Positions 40,401-49,369 of a DNA stretch of 64,000 nt are shown piece by piece. A program made the position numbers and the translations under genes. Location: contig PFLE01000013.1 of assembly GCA_002784465.1 (NCBI GenBank), positions 10,972 to 74,971 of the forward strand, read 5' to 3'. The notes under the pieces are model-generated. The model was not told the DNA's origin. It saw only the letters and a list, made by a program, of their open reading frames with translations, and did not search any database. How positions within the stretch are numbered: the stretch's first letter is position 1; the number at the start of each line of letters is the position of its first letter. The stretch comes from Candidatus Shapirobacteria bacterium CG_4_10_14_0_8_um_filter_39_15 (GTDB lineage: Bacteria > Patescibacteriota > Microgenomatia > UM-FILTER-39-15).

Positions 40401-40742
40401 AACAACTGAAGCATAATCACTTGGGTTTTCTTTTATAGTTTCTAAAGCATCAATCGGTAAATTGGTACCACTATCATATTGATGAATTCGGTATAAAGTG
40501 GTAACCACTGGCCGGGCATCATCCTCAACCAAACCGCACAATCTGGGAGCACTGTTTACGGGATGCGCGAAATAAAAAAGACCATAATTATGACCTTGCT
40601 CACCGATTGGAATTTGAACTAAACCTCTTAAGCTTATTCTTAGATCCAGATCGGTTTCTGCAGTACGGGCATAAATTGGGGAAGATATACCAGCAAACCA
40701 GACAACCAGTAAACTAGAAAACCCGAATAGAAGTTTCTTCAT
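37446..40742 (-). CDS. Large secreted Cys-rich protein (1098 aa)
   Basis: Signal peptide, many Cys pairs, C-terminal C-x6-C-x3-C-x15-C-x5-CC. Confidence 0.7.
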   Translation of the reverse strand: MKKLLFGFSSLLVVWFAGISSPIYARTAETDLDLRISLRGLVQIPIGEQGHNYGLFYFAHPVNSAPRLCGLVEDDARPVVTTLYRIHQYDSGTNLPIDALETIKENPSDYASVVGFSTNGSSTGNILVPAAPFSIGNGKQVMVYYASSNEIFIMYNTGGGIRNGYGIHIMGNFTVRPELLALYNQLNAAGRVQLPALGASEILGTAHGDIQVAIRDTGGFMDPRWKNDWWDPCNTPAKANTTLPGTIDTKPPLPNYPSTVCDLTQNGDRNSRPVACQACNIGNNSGSCATSFTVTDHVSWQRWMGPDSCTDATLTVPHLVTTTWGGTITINPKDITIPFVGKEDQESESKYLADYFEGTNEYYKNYEKYWLDYVNYAGVLRKLTPMTYQDTLKEQMVARAVRSLNTQAPFEGKIHDYMVNYPTRLCWDAPFIMEISYDIWNEFNLISLIYKKLGVPVPSKDEWFHHCLFNNSADQAVEIDKIGLILRAYNASPLGKLLPIDVRYYSMGFIPIPPFSDLEGHKKLSEIASHLPPSVNDSDYEIKWATWKKSTWGRIWEAVPLVSREDTEGLIQPYLGAKNEDTFTNLDPTNKNQVEKVPHLARLYESSKIVSSILIPYNEPITTTAQISNNQNVLADNSSTNNPLTGLFSPKSVQAATPPPCQRYCTGNMTFYDIDAPAPGQHSFKSYFCVPCPAGQNCDGISHLKNLSIYDSGGASGFLSDTGGPEIQCPGKWETQWGTNYHPSTINMNVGDAFTVSANWTKASGGSRANCCVDGGSVSCSITLAQNADGTYKWDTTCGVAPAPPPTCFQDPAKSIDSCIKKDAITGTGDTLCCSNIQYKLTAVDKFENNRYVACNGSSWACQAWLLEEGKYDQINMDPCLDLGGRGNGHTVTCEAGDWANPNNVAPDPVCVQIQNTDNRCYEWTGREGSQPTIWNDSEQVSRNIGVSLIHPYLDDIWNQTSGSMGVLNIFRPSFHPGFPDTPAISQATIKYTPYSDQVGWCSGNLPIKGDCPLQRHKDGSTSPTEGQFYFPHLGGIQQAKQWVTNSLFPASLTSVNPVLSCSQLGGTCTDSCAANDTLGTGLPGGDGCGGVNVCCKP

Positions 40743-40747
40743 TGTTG

Positions 40748-41059
40748 TTACGAGCTGGGAATACTAAAGTTGAGAACATCAACACCGGTGAATTGCCAAA
40801 TAAATTTCATAATCAACCAGATAATTACCAGCATCACCAGGCCAAAAATGGCATAGGTTATGGTTTGAGAAGCCGAGGCAGACGCTTTTGGATCTCCTCC
40901 GGAAGTCATATATTTAAAACCACCCATGATCAACAAGATAAATAAAAGCAAAACCCCCAGCTGGGCCGCGATATTCAAAATAATTTTAAATATGCACTCG
41001 AATCCTTGAAGAGTTGCAACGCCGCCGATTGTACATTTAGGATCTTCCCAAATAGCCAT
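40748..41059 (-). CDS. VirB2/TrbC-like pilin
   Basis: Two TMs around GGFKYMTSGGDPK..A..TITYAIFGL. Confidence 0.75.
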   Translation of the reverse strand: MAIWEDPKCTIGGVATLQGFECIFKIILNIAAQLGVLLLFILLIMGGFKYMTSGGDPKASASASQTITYAIFGLVMLVIIWLIMKFIWQFTGVDVLNFSIPSS

Positions 41060-41089
41060 ATATTTAGTTTATCAGACCATAATAAAAAC

Positions 41090-41120
41090 ACAATACCCCG
41101 AGCCAAGCTCCGGGTATTGT
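41090..41120 (-). terminator. Intrinsic terminator after pilin 41143-41535
   Basis: acaataccc-gagc/gctc-gggtattgt hairpin followed by gtttttatt on the minus strand. Confidence 0.65.
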
Positions 41121-41142
41121 AATTCTTGTACAAAAATCCAAC

Positions 41143-41535
41143 CTAAATCGTTGGAATATTTACGTTGAGAATGTGGATGTCAAAGAATTTCTCAATTAAG
41201 CTCGTAATTGCCCAAGCCGAGAAAACAATGACTAGACCGATTAAAGCGGCCGTGATTCGATTCTTCGCGCCCTCGGTTCCAGCCTTATCACCGCCGGAAA
41301 CTAGCCATTGAATACCGCCGATGACCAGCATAAAGAAAAAGGCCAAAGCGGCAACTACCATAATCAATTGAACAATTGCCGAAAGCATTGAACCAATATC
41401 TAAATTAGCCATATTAACCCATTGGCCAGTGGTGGGTTTTAAATTAATTATGTCGTTTGCTTGGGCAAAGGCTGACCCGGCTAGGTTAACCATTAAGCTT
41501 GCAGTTCCTGCTAAAGATAAAATTGTTTTTTTCAT
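41143..41535 (-). CDS. VirB2/TrbC-like pilin, probable major subunit
   Basis: Signal peptide (AFA), GGIQWLVSGGDK..GAKNRITAALIGL; perfect SD AAAGGAGGTGA at 41540-41550. Confidence 0.8.
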   Translation of the reverse strand: MKKTILSLAGTASLMVNLAGSAFAQANDIINLKPTTGQWVNMANLDIGSMLSAIVQLIMVVAALAFFFMLVIGGIQWLVSGGDKAGTEGAKNRITAALIGLVIVFSAWAITSLIEKFFDIHILNVNIPTI

Positions 41536-41562
41536 TTTCTCACCTCCTTTCGAACTACTTAT

Positions 41563-41889
41563 TTATTTTAACATAATCGCGTCAATATTTATGAGCGTTA
41601 GATCCATATTGAAAAATTTACCCACCAAGCCGATTACGGCATAAGCGCTAAAAACTAAAATTAAACCAATAAGAGCATGGGTCATTTGTTCCTTGGATGC
41701 TTCTGTTCCTGCCTTATCGCCGCCGGAAGTCATATATTGGACGCCGCCGATGACTAAAAGCACAAAACTAACAAGAGAAGCAATCACGAAAAGAAGAGTA
41801 ATCATGGCCGGCAGGAATTTATTTAAGAATTCAACCCCGTTAAGAGCTTGTAAATTAGTTGATAAAGCTGGATTTGTTATTTCTGCCAT
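41563..41889 (-). CDS. VirB2/TrbC-like pilin
   Basis: GGVQYMTSGGDK...MTHALIGL. Confidence 0.75.
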   Translation of the reverse strand: MAEITNPALSTNLQALNGVEFLNKFLPAMITLLFVIASLVSFVLLVIGGVQYMTSGGDKAGTEASKEQMTHALIGLILVFSAYAVIGLVGKFFNMDLTLINIDAIMLK

Positions 41890-41893
41890 TTAA

Positions 41894-42325
41894 TTATTGT
41901 AAAGTCACTGAACTAGCACAACTTGGGTCAATAAACTTACCCGGGTTTAGAATATCTAAACCAAGGATTTTGCTTACAAGATCAATAAGAAAAATTCCGG
42001 CAATAATAATTACTAAACCAACCAGCCCGTGAGTAATTCTTTTTTGGGCATTTTCTGTAGCCATTTTGTCCCCGCCGGCGGATAACCAGGCAAGCGCTCC
42101 GCCGAACAATAAAAAGACAAAATATAATCCGGCGATAATCGTTAATAGTCCCACAATCGTTGACATTGCCATGTTCAATTTATCGATTGCTCCACAAGGA
42201 TGCTTACCCCCCAAATTCATTGAAACAATATCACCAAGCTTACCTAATCCTTGTAACCAGCCCACGCTCGGACCCCAGTCGTCTATTGGTGTTTTATTTT
42301 GTGCTAGTAAAGTTAAAATTATCAT
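41894..42325 (-). CDS. VirB2/TrbC-like pilin (start moved to 42325)
   Basis: GALAWLSAGGDK..AQKRITHGLVGL; ATGA overlap with the upstream pilin. Confidence 0.75.
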   Translation of the reverse strand: MIILTLLAQNKTPIDDWGPSVGWLQGLGKLGDIVSMNLGGKHPCGAIDKLNMAMSTIVGLLTIIAGLYFVFLLFGGALAWLSAGGDKMATENAQKRITHGLVGLVIIIAGIFLIDLVSKILGLDILNPGKFIDPSCASSVTLQ

Positions 42326-42693
42326 AAATTTGGGTTTGGTGTATAAATTTGCGGAAAAAGGATTGCCCCGGCATCTTGAAACAAAAGCCAACCGAAAATT
42401 GCTGCCAAAACAAACGATCCGGCTACTAAGAATAACCCAATTAGGGATTGGGTTAATTTTCCAACCGCCTTTTCCACTTGTTTGGAGTCGCCTCCAGCAG
42501 ACATAAATTGGTAACCAGCCATAATGACATTAATAAAAGCATAAAGCCCGGCAATAACAATAACAAGCTTAATGCCGTTGTTTAAAAAAGAAACAAGACC
42601 TGGAGCGATGCCCTTACTTCCGGATAGATTTGAATAAACATCAACTCCTGGTGGAGGGTTAATTTTACCTAACGGACTGGTTGGTATCGCCAT
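42322..42693 (-). CDS. VirB2/TrbC-like pilin
   Basis: AGYQFMSAGGDSK..A..KLTQSLIGL. Confidence 0.75.
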   Translation of the reverse strand: MAIPTSPLGKINPPPGVDVYSNLSGSKGIAPGLVSFLNNGIKLVIVIAGLYAFINVIMAGYQFMSAGGDSKQVEKAVGKLTQSLIGLFLVAGSFVLAAIFGWLLFQDAGAILFPQIYTPNPNL

Positions 42694-42697
42694 ATTG

Positions 42698-43021
42698 TTA
42701 CAAAATCTTAAAGCCAGTAATTGCTTCTACTATCTGGATTATCCAATAACTGGTAAAAATAATCAAGAACCCGATTAAGGCTGAAGTTACCGCCGAAGCC
42801 CCCTGACCGGTTTTTCTTGGGTCGCTTTCCTGGCCGCCGGCAATCACCGCCAACCCCCCGCCGATTAATAAAAAGAAAAGCAAAATTCCCGCCAAAATAT
42901 AAATGTTGGGTAAAAGAACGGAAACTAGAGAACCCAAACTGTCAAAAAGAGCAGGAGCATAAGTGTTTTTGTCAATGGTAACAGCGGCATAAGCATGATT
43001 CACAAGATAAGAATATAACAA
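42698..43021 (-). CDS. VirB2/TrbC-like pilin
   Basis: GG..IAGG..DP...VTSALIGFLIIFTSYWI. Confidence 0.7.
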   Translation of the reverse strand: MLYSYLVNHAYAAVTIDKNTYAPALFDSLGSLVSVLLPNIYILAGILLFFLLIGGGLAVIAGGQESDPRKTGQGASAVTSALIGFLIIFTSYWIIQIVEAITGFKIL

Positions 43022-43041
43022 TTAGAGAAGGGGTGTCAAAT

Positions 43042-43160
43042 GGGTAAGGGTTAAGGTGAAGCAGTTAGTTAAGGCCATGGTTATGGTTAAGTGGAATACT
43101 CCCCCAGACTTTACCTCCCGACCAAACCAATTGCCTTACCCTTACCTCTACCTCCTAACA
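43042..43160. repeat. Degenerate 6-nt-unit inverted repeat (GGTAAG.../...CTTACC)
   Basis: ggtaag ggttaa ggtgaa..ggttat ggttaa, then cttacc cttacc tctacc. Confidence 0.65.
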
Positions 43161-43196
43161 TTCCGGCTTGTCAGATAAAGTATAATCAAGCTAGAC

Positions 43197-44243
43197 ATGG
43201 AAGTTGATTTTAAACAAGTATTATCAGCTAAAAAAGATTTAGTCTGGTCGGAAATTGAAAAATATTTGAAAAGTCTGGGGAAATATCCCGATTACTGTTC
43301 AATCCCTCCAAAATATCAAGACTTGGCGGATTTTAACCAAAAAATCATCAGCGACTATCCCCAAAGAAAAGGTAAATATTTACGGCCAACCTTAGTTTTA
43401 TTAACTGCTTCAGCGATGAGTTTTCCCGAGCAGAAAGCAATTCGAACCGCCGCGGCGATGCAGGTTTCCGAAGACTGGATTTTAAATCATGACGATTTGG
43501 AAGACGATTCTCTGGAAAGACGGGGACAGCCCTGTTTGCACCGGTTATACGGCAAGGAATTGGCCATTAATGCCGGAGACGGTTTGCAAACTTTAATGTG
43601 GAAAATATTAATTGATAACCAATCACCGGAAATTATGGATGAGTTTTACCGGATTTTAAACCGTACAATTTTAGGCCAGACTGCCGAGATTAAATGGCGC
43701 AATGACAACCGGTTTGATTTAACCGAAGAGGATGTTTTATTTATTTTGGAAAGCAAGACGGGCTACTATACCATCGGCGGGCCGATGCGCTTGGGAGCGA
43801 TTCTGGCTGGAGCGAGTAAAAAACAATTGGATTTGCTTTATGAATTTGGAAAATTACTTGGCTATTGTTTTCAGATTAAGGATGATCTTTTGGATTTGAC
43901 TTCTGATTTTGCCGGTTTAAAAAAACAACTGGGAAATGATATTTACGAAGGAAAAAGAACGATCATGCTGGTTGATTTGATGCGGAAGCTGGACGCGGGA
44001 AGCGGGATAAGATTGAAAAATATTTTGCGAAAGACCAGAGACCAAAAGACCAAAGACGAAGTGGCTTGGGTTTTAGAAATGATGAAAATTCACGGGAGTT
44101 TGGTTTATGGGGAAAAATTAATGAATAAATATGCCAAGCAAGCAAAAAGTTTTTTTAATAAAAATCTGGATTTTCTTTCTGAACAACCTGCGCGCGACCA
44201 ACTGAAAACATGTATTGATTTTTTAACCGAAAGAACGCATTAA
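43197..44243 (+). CDS. Short-chain polyprenyl (GGPP-type) synthase
   Basis: GKYLRP, WILNHDDLEDDSLERRG (FARM), AINAGD, KTGYY, FQIKDDLLD (SARM), EGKRT. Confidence 0.9.
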   Translation: MEVDFKQVLSAKKDLVWSEIEKYLKSLGKYPDYCSIPPKYQDLADFNQKIISDYPQRKGKYLRPTLVLLTASAMSFPEQKAIRTAAAMQVSEDWILNHDDLEDDSLERRGQPCLHRLYGKELAINAGDGLQTLMWKILIDNQSPEIMDEFYRILNRTILGQTAEIKWRNDNRFDLTEEDVLFILESKTGYYTIGGPMRLGAILAGASKKQLDLLYEFGKLLGYCFQIKDDLLDLTSDFAGLKKQLGNDIYEGKRTIMLVDLMRKLDAGSGIRLKNILRKTRDQKTKDEVAWVLEMMKIHGSLVYGEKLMNKYAKQAKSFFNKNLDFLSEQPARDQLKTCIDFLTERTH

Positions 44244-44834
44244 ATGGAAATTTTACCAACCCCTCTTAGTGAAATTCAAAAATTGTCCCAAACTGTCTAT
44301 ATGCCAGATCAAAAACTTATTTTAGTGGATGAAAACGACCGATTTTTAGATAAATATGCCTCCAGAAAAAAATGCCATCTTGGTTTAGGTTTACACCATC
44401 GGGCTTTTACGGTCATGATTCTCAATAAAAAAGGTGAAGTACTTTTACAACATCGGAAACACCAACTTTGGGATAAGGTTTGGGATCTGACCAATAGTCA
44501 CCCGCAGCGCTTAGCTGACGGTACAGACGAAACCTACGAGGAAGCGATCCAAAAGTGTTTGATTCGAGAGTGGGGAATCAGTATTCCGGTTAAAAAAATC
44601 TTCAGTTTTAATTATTATGCCAAGTTAGATGGTCAATGCGAAAATGAATTTTGTGTTTTTTTTATGGGGAAATATAATGGTCAGATTTTTCCCAATTCTG
44701 AAGTGGCTTATGGAAGCAAATGGATAGCCCTGCCGGAATTATTGGCGGATATTAAAATTAATCCTAACCAATATACTCCATGGGCGATTAAAGCACTAAA
44801 AGAATTCTCATTAGGAAATAACTTGATAATTTAA
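44244..44834 (+). CDS. idi: Type 1 isopentenyl-diphosphate isomerase (Nudix fold)
   Basis: LHHRAF..LLQHR..W..SHP, ENEFC, YTPW. Confidence 0.8.
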   Translation: MEILPTPLSEIQKLSQTVYMPDQKLILVDENDRFLDKYASRKKCHLGLGLHHRAFTVMILNKKGEVLLQHRKHQLWDKVWDLTNSHPQRLADGTDETYEEAIQKCLIREWGISIPVKKIFSFNYYAKLDGQCENEFCVFFMGKYNGQIFPNSEVAYGSKWIALPELLADIKINPNQYTPWAIKALKEFSLGNNLII

Positions 44835-46278
44835 TAACCCGATAAAAGATTTAAATCATCTAAAGTAGCAAAATTGCAGCCGGTACAATACCGGTCGGAA
44901 ACATTATCATGCTCAAAATAACCTTTATATTGTCCACCATAGAGTTTCGTGGTAATAAAATTTGCCGTAAACTTGGCTTTATTTAAAAGCCACGAGGCCT
45001 CACGGGGATATGAGGTGCGCATACCATCGTATAAGGAAATAAGCCCACGAAGAATCAGGTGGTTACTCGATAACATTTTTACGCTTCTTGCCGCTCCCAC
45101 GGCCGCTTCCTTGTACCCATAATTTACAGTATCCCACAATATATTATGAGTAGCCACCGCTTTCCTCATTTTATTTAAAATCCACGTTTGTGAGGTAGAA
45201 TCAAGTTTCCAAAGCTTAGCTCCAGCCATTAACGGCATTCCCTGTTCAAAAGCAAGCGGACCTACCAATGGCTGTCCTCCATAGACCGAAATACTTTTAT
45301 AATATCCTCCATAGCTATCAGAAACCCAATAAGGTTCAAGGCTTTGTTTTAGTAAATATCTTCCCAGCATCATAAAAATGTCTTTTTCAGGGTTGGAAGA
45401 GATCTCGGCTAAAGAAAAGTCATAATAGGCAACACCGCCAATGGCAATCACCGGTCCTGCTGCTGACTTTTGAGCAAGACTCGGATTGTATATTAAAGCC
45501 AATGAGGAACCAATGGCCATCGCTCGGGAATAGAGATCAACCTTTGATTTATTATTACCGGAATAATAAGTTCTTGCGGCTACGAGAGAATATTGACCGC
45601 CAACCGTCCTTCCAATTTTGTCATAATCAAATTTATTATTTATAAGATCGGAAATTACCGAATCAATTAGTGATATTTCATAGTCAATCGTCAAATTCGC
45701 CCTCCTTTTTAGTTCATCCGAATTTTTTTGAGTTGTTCCTGCTGCGCATCTATATAAAAGAGATGGGGTAAAAGCGGTTGCGTCATTAATGTTGTCCCAA
45801 TCGCCCGCCCAATTTCCGGTTTCCGACCAATCTTGTTTATTGCGACATATAAAAACATGTTGAAAAATAGAATTATAAGAAGACGAGAGCCCGTAACAGA
45901 ACCGGTGTCAGTTGGTGTACATAGTCTCGATAAAGCAGGAGAAATACACCCTGAACCAATTTCTCCACAATCATAAGCAGCTGGTTTAGTTGCCCCGGTC
46001 AGACCTTTGTAAATCACCAAAGTTTTTTGGGTCGCATCTAAAATGCTGGAATTTTGAGCTTGGCTAAGATAATTCAAAAGGGAAGATTGTAATTGTGCGT
46101 CATTAATCATTTTGATAGCGCTATTTATGTCTGGCGGCATGGCGGAAGCGGCCTTAGGATTTAAAATCATTCTGGATTGAGGGTTAATAAAAATAGCAAT
46201 TAATCCAATAATAAGAACCGACAAAGCAAGAAAAAGAAGAGAGAATAAACTTCCCCGTTTATTAGATTTTTTACTCAC
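44831..46278 (-). pseudogene. Membrane-anchored helical-barrel-like protein split by a frameshift near 45900
   Basis: The frame of 44831-45694 is open upstream to ~45907 (..DWSETGNWAGDWDNINDATAFTPSLLY..) and overlaps the tail of 45709-46278. Confidence 0.55.
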
Positions 46279-46316
46279 AATTTAATAATAAGAATCGGGG
46301 GGGGATTATCAAGGGG

Positions 46317-47681
46317 TCAATTTTTAACACATTTTCCGCTCGCATCCGGATAATTTCCGTCTAATTGACAATTATATCCTGCCGGACACGCAACTCCTGC
46401 AAATCCCCCGCAGAATTTTCCTTCGGGATTTGATGGGGTTGGAGTTGATGTTACTTCTGCTTTTGAATTGAACTCCATTGTTACAAGCAACTTATTTACG
46501 GCCGATTCGACATCCTTGTAGGTACCGGCTGTTTCAATGGTAATAATATAAACAAGATCGTCTTTAAGAGAAAATATTTCGGTAGTATTCCAAAGTCCGC
46601 AAGGAGTATCCCGATATGTCAATCCTTCAACCCTCCCAATTTTACTAGAGTATCCTTTCGATTTACTGATACAGGAGTCGATTTGCGGTACAATATCTTC
46701 TAATTTACGACTGTCTGCATTTTGATATGTTATCGCCAGGGTAAAATTTACTTTATTTATCGCCGGAGAAATTATTTGAACCACTCCGGGCGTATCAACA
46801 AAAACTCCATCAACCGAAGCTATTTTATTTTCGTTTAATTTATATCCCGAAGGGTATCGAATTGAATATCGCCCATTATTATTTGAATAGAGACTCCAAT
46901 TGGCAGGATTTTCTTCTGGATAAGTAAATTTAAAAGAAGCCCTTATATACTCAAACTGGGTATAAAAATCATGCGCCTTTTCGGTATCTGCCTGGATAAC
47001 GGAGGTGGCAATTTCATAACAGGTCGTGTTTTTCAGATGACGAAAAATCTTGTTTTTATAATTTACTCCATTGATAGTTGAAGAATTAGAATAAGTCCGA
47101 AAGAGTTCACCACCAAAAATATTATCAATTAATGAATGATCGTTATAAAGATTTTCACACTCGGTTTTTTTGATATTTGGTTTTACGGATACAGAAATTA
47201 TGGCAACCGTGTTTTCAAGTTCAATTACGGGTTTTACTCCGAGGAAAGATTGTCCCCGATCTTCAGTAGTTAAAAAGTTAGCAGGATAATTAAATTCAAA
47301 TTGATATTTTTCGTTGCGATAGACTATGTTCGGAATTGGTTCCGAAGTTGGAGTCGCAAGAGGAACCGGCTCTAAATTTTTTAGTGAAACAGGATTTTTC
47401 TCTAAGAGATTTCTCATACACCAACCTATCGCATCCGCCGTTTTGGTTGTTTTCAAACAGAAATAACCCCGAGGGCATATCGTCCCCATAAAACCACCGC
47501 AAGAAATATCTGTCTTTAAACTTTTAAATCCAAAATATCCAATAATAATGAAAATAACCAGAAAGAGAATTACCAAAAGTAAAAATATTTTTGGTTTTTT
47601 GGAAGAAACGGGAACGGGTGAAACAGGAGTATTTTCAGGTTGAACAAGATTTACGGGTGGTTGAGTTGGTTGCGGATCCAT
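46317..47681 (-). CDS. Membrane-anchored PsbP-like protein with two CGG-Cys mini-domains
   Basis: TM; CGGFMGTICPRGYFC..DAIGWC and CGGFAGVACPAGYNC..DASGKC; two Y..F.YP-type repeats. Confidence 0.65.
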   Translation of the reverse strand: MDPQPTQPPVNLVQPENTPVSPVPVSSKKPKIFLLLVILFLVIFIIIGYFGFKSLKTDISCGGFMGTICPRGYFCLKTTKTADAIGWCMRNLLEKNPVSLKNLEPVPLATPTSEPIPNIVYRNEKYQFEFNYPANFLTTEDRGQSFLGVKPVIELENTVAIISVSVKPNIKKTECENLYNDHSLIDNIFGGELFRTYSNSSTINGVNYKNKIFRHLKNTTCYEIATSVIQADTEKAHDFYTQFEYIRASFKFTYPEENPANWSLYSNNNGRYSIRYPSGYKLNENKIASVDGVFVDTPGVVQIISPAINKVNFTLAITYQNADSRKLEDIVPQIDSCISKSKGYSSKIGRVEGLTYRDTPCGLWNTTEIFSLKDDLVYIITIETAGTYKDVESAVNKLLVTMEFNSKAEVTSTPTPSNPEGKFCGGFAGVACPAGYNCQLDGNYPDASGKCVKN

Positions 47682-47776
47682 AAATCCATTATTCCACCTG
47701 GAAAATTTTCTGTCAAGGGAAAAGTGATCAGAACCGTTTCTGAAAAAGAAATTCTTCTAACGATGATAACACCCTC

Positions 47777-47826
47777 TTGACAAAAAGAAAGTGTTACTTT
47801 ATACTTCAACTGTTAGGTAACACTTT
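47777..47826 (+). promoter_or_regulatory. Sigma70 promoter overlapped by a 10-bp inverted repeat
   Basis: TTGACA-17-TATACT; AAAGTGTTAC(47788)...GTAACACTTT(47817). Confidence 0.6.
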
Positions 47827-48231
47827 ATGAAAACAAAGATAAAAGCAAAACAGAAAGCGTGGGAGTTTTACGAAGCGTGGCGACAAGTTAAGTCAAATTC
47901 ACCAGCCTTAGGTTGTGAAGTAAGGGTATCGCTTTTGGGCTGGCGACACATTACAGGAGCAACGGGAGCGAAAAAACGGACATTTAAGGATATGTATTGG
48001 CGGTTAAAGCTTTTGCCTTATGCCAAGCAAATTATTGAAACTTCGACTACTGTTCAGAACATATCAGAAAGGAAAGGGAGGAAATATTACGCCTTAGAGG
48101 CAATGATAGAAATTGAACAGGATAACTCTAAAAGTATGCGGAAAGTAAGAGTCATTTTATTGGAAGATAAACAGGGTAATAAGATATTTTATTCAGTAAT
48201 GGACAAAAAAAGTGGGTCGCCTCACGCTTAG
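47827..48231 (+). CDS. Small basic protein, possible PBECR/RelE-like nuclease
   Basis: SPALG..V..S..GWRH, RLKLLP, VRVI, FYSVM pattern. Confidence 0.5.
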   Translation: MKTKIKAKQKAWEFYEAWRQVKSNSPALGCEVRVSLLGWRHITGATGAKKRTFKDMYWRLKLLPYAKQIIETSTTVQNISERKGRKYYALEAMIEIEQDNSKSMRKVRVILLEDKQGNKIFYSVMDKKSGSPHA

Positions 48232-48327
48232 GTTTTTAGACTTTAGCGTTATGGAGAGTAAAAACTCTCTCAACCCACCAAAAGAATATTAACACCAGTT
48301 GACAATTTTGTCAACCTTAAGGACAAA

Positions 48328-49299
48328 ATGAACGATAAATTACAGGAAAAACTTAAAACCTTAACCGAGAAAAAAAAGGAACTGGATAAACAGAAACCTT
48401 TAACCGCCGAGGTTCTAAAAAATCTTGAAGGATGGTTGAAAGTTGAGTTGACCTATTCTTCTAATGCGATTGAGGGAAATACCTTAACTCGGTTAGAAAC
48501 GGCAGAGGTGATTGAGAAGGGGATTTCGGCGGCCTTGACAGGCAAATCCCTGCAAGACCAACTGGAAGCCATAAACCACGCAAAAGCGGTAGAGTTTATC
48601 AAAACCCTTGCCAAAGAGGAAAAGAGTCATCAATTTATAACCGAGCAAGATATCAAAGCGATTCATAAAATTATCCTCACGGGTATTAATGACGAGTGGG
48701 CGGGCAGATACCGGGAAAGCGATATGACAGAATTTATTCAGTGGCTCGAGACACAACAAAATATCCACCCGTTTCGGGTTGCCGCTGACGCTCATTTCAA
48801 GTTCGTGTCTATTCACCCTTTTGTTGATGGTAACGGAAGAACGGCCAGACTTCTCATGAACCTTATTTTAATTATCAATGGTTATCCCATGGCCATTATT
48901 AGAAATGAAAACAGAACCGAATATCTGGATGCGGTAAATACCGGACAGACTAAAGGCAATTTGGAAATGTTTTACGCGGTTATAGAAGAAGCAGAAGAAC
49001 GCTCTCTTGATGCTTACCTCAATGCCGCCCGAGGCAAACCAGTCATTCCTGTTTTAATGGGTAAAGACAAAGAGACAAAACTTCTCAAGATTGGAGAACT
49101 TGCCCAAGCCGCCAGAGAAACGAAACCGACGATCAGGTTTTGGACCAAAGAGGGATTATTGGAAATTGCCAAGCTTACAAAAGCAGGTTATGCGCTTTAT
49201 GACTCTAAAATGATCGAAAGAGTCAAAGAAATTAGACGCCTGCAGAATGAGGAGAGGTTATCAATTGCAGAGATTAAAAATAGACCAAACTTCGAATGA
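48328..49299 (+). CDS. Fic domain protein with C-terminal MerR-type HTH
   Basis: TYSSNAIEGN, HPFVDGNGRTAR; LKIGELA..TIRFW..EGLL. Confidence 0.85.
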   Translation: MNDKLQEKLKTLTEKKKELDKQKPLTAEVLKNLEGWLKVELTYSSNAIEGNTLTRLETAEVIEKGISAALTGKSLQDQLEAINHAKAVEFIKTLAKEEKSHQFITEQDIKAIHKIILTGINDEWAGRYRESDMTEFIQWLETQQNIHPFRVAADAHFKFVSIHPFVDGNGRTARLLMNLILIINGYPMAIIRNENRTEYLDAVNTGQTKGNLEMFYAVIEEAEERSLDAYLNAARGKPVIPVLMGKDKETKLLKIGELAQAARETKPTIRFWTKEGLLEIAKLTKAGYALYDSKMIERVKEIRRLQNEERLSIAEIKNRPNFE

Positions 49300-49369
49300 T
49301 TTTTCAAGATAAACAACCCGATAATTTAGTAACTTGACTTTATGAATTATCGGGTTAAAATATAAGTAT

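Noticed and set aside
20397-43021. Prophage or complete ICE
   Set aside because: No phage structural genes, relaxase or intact integrase recognised.
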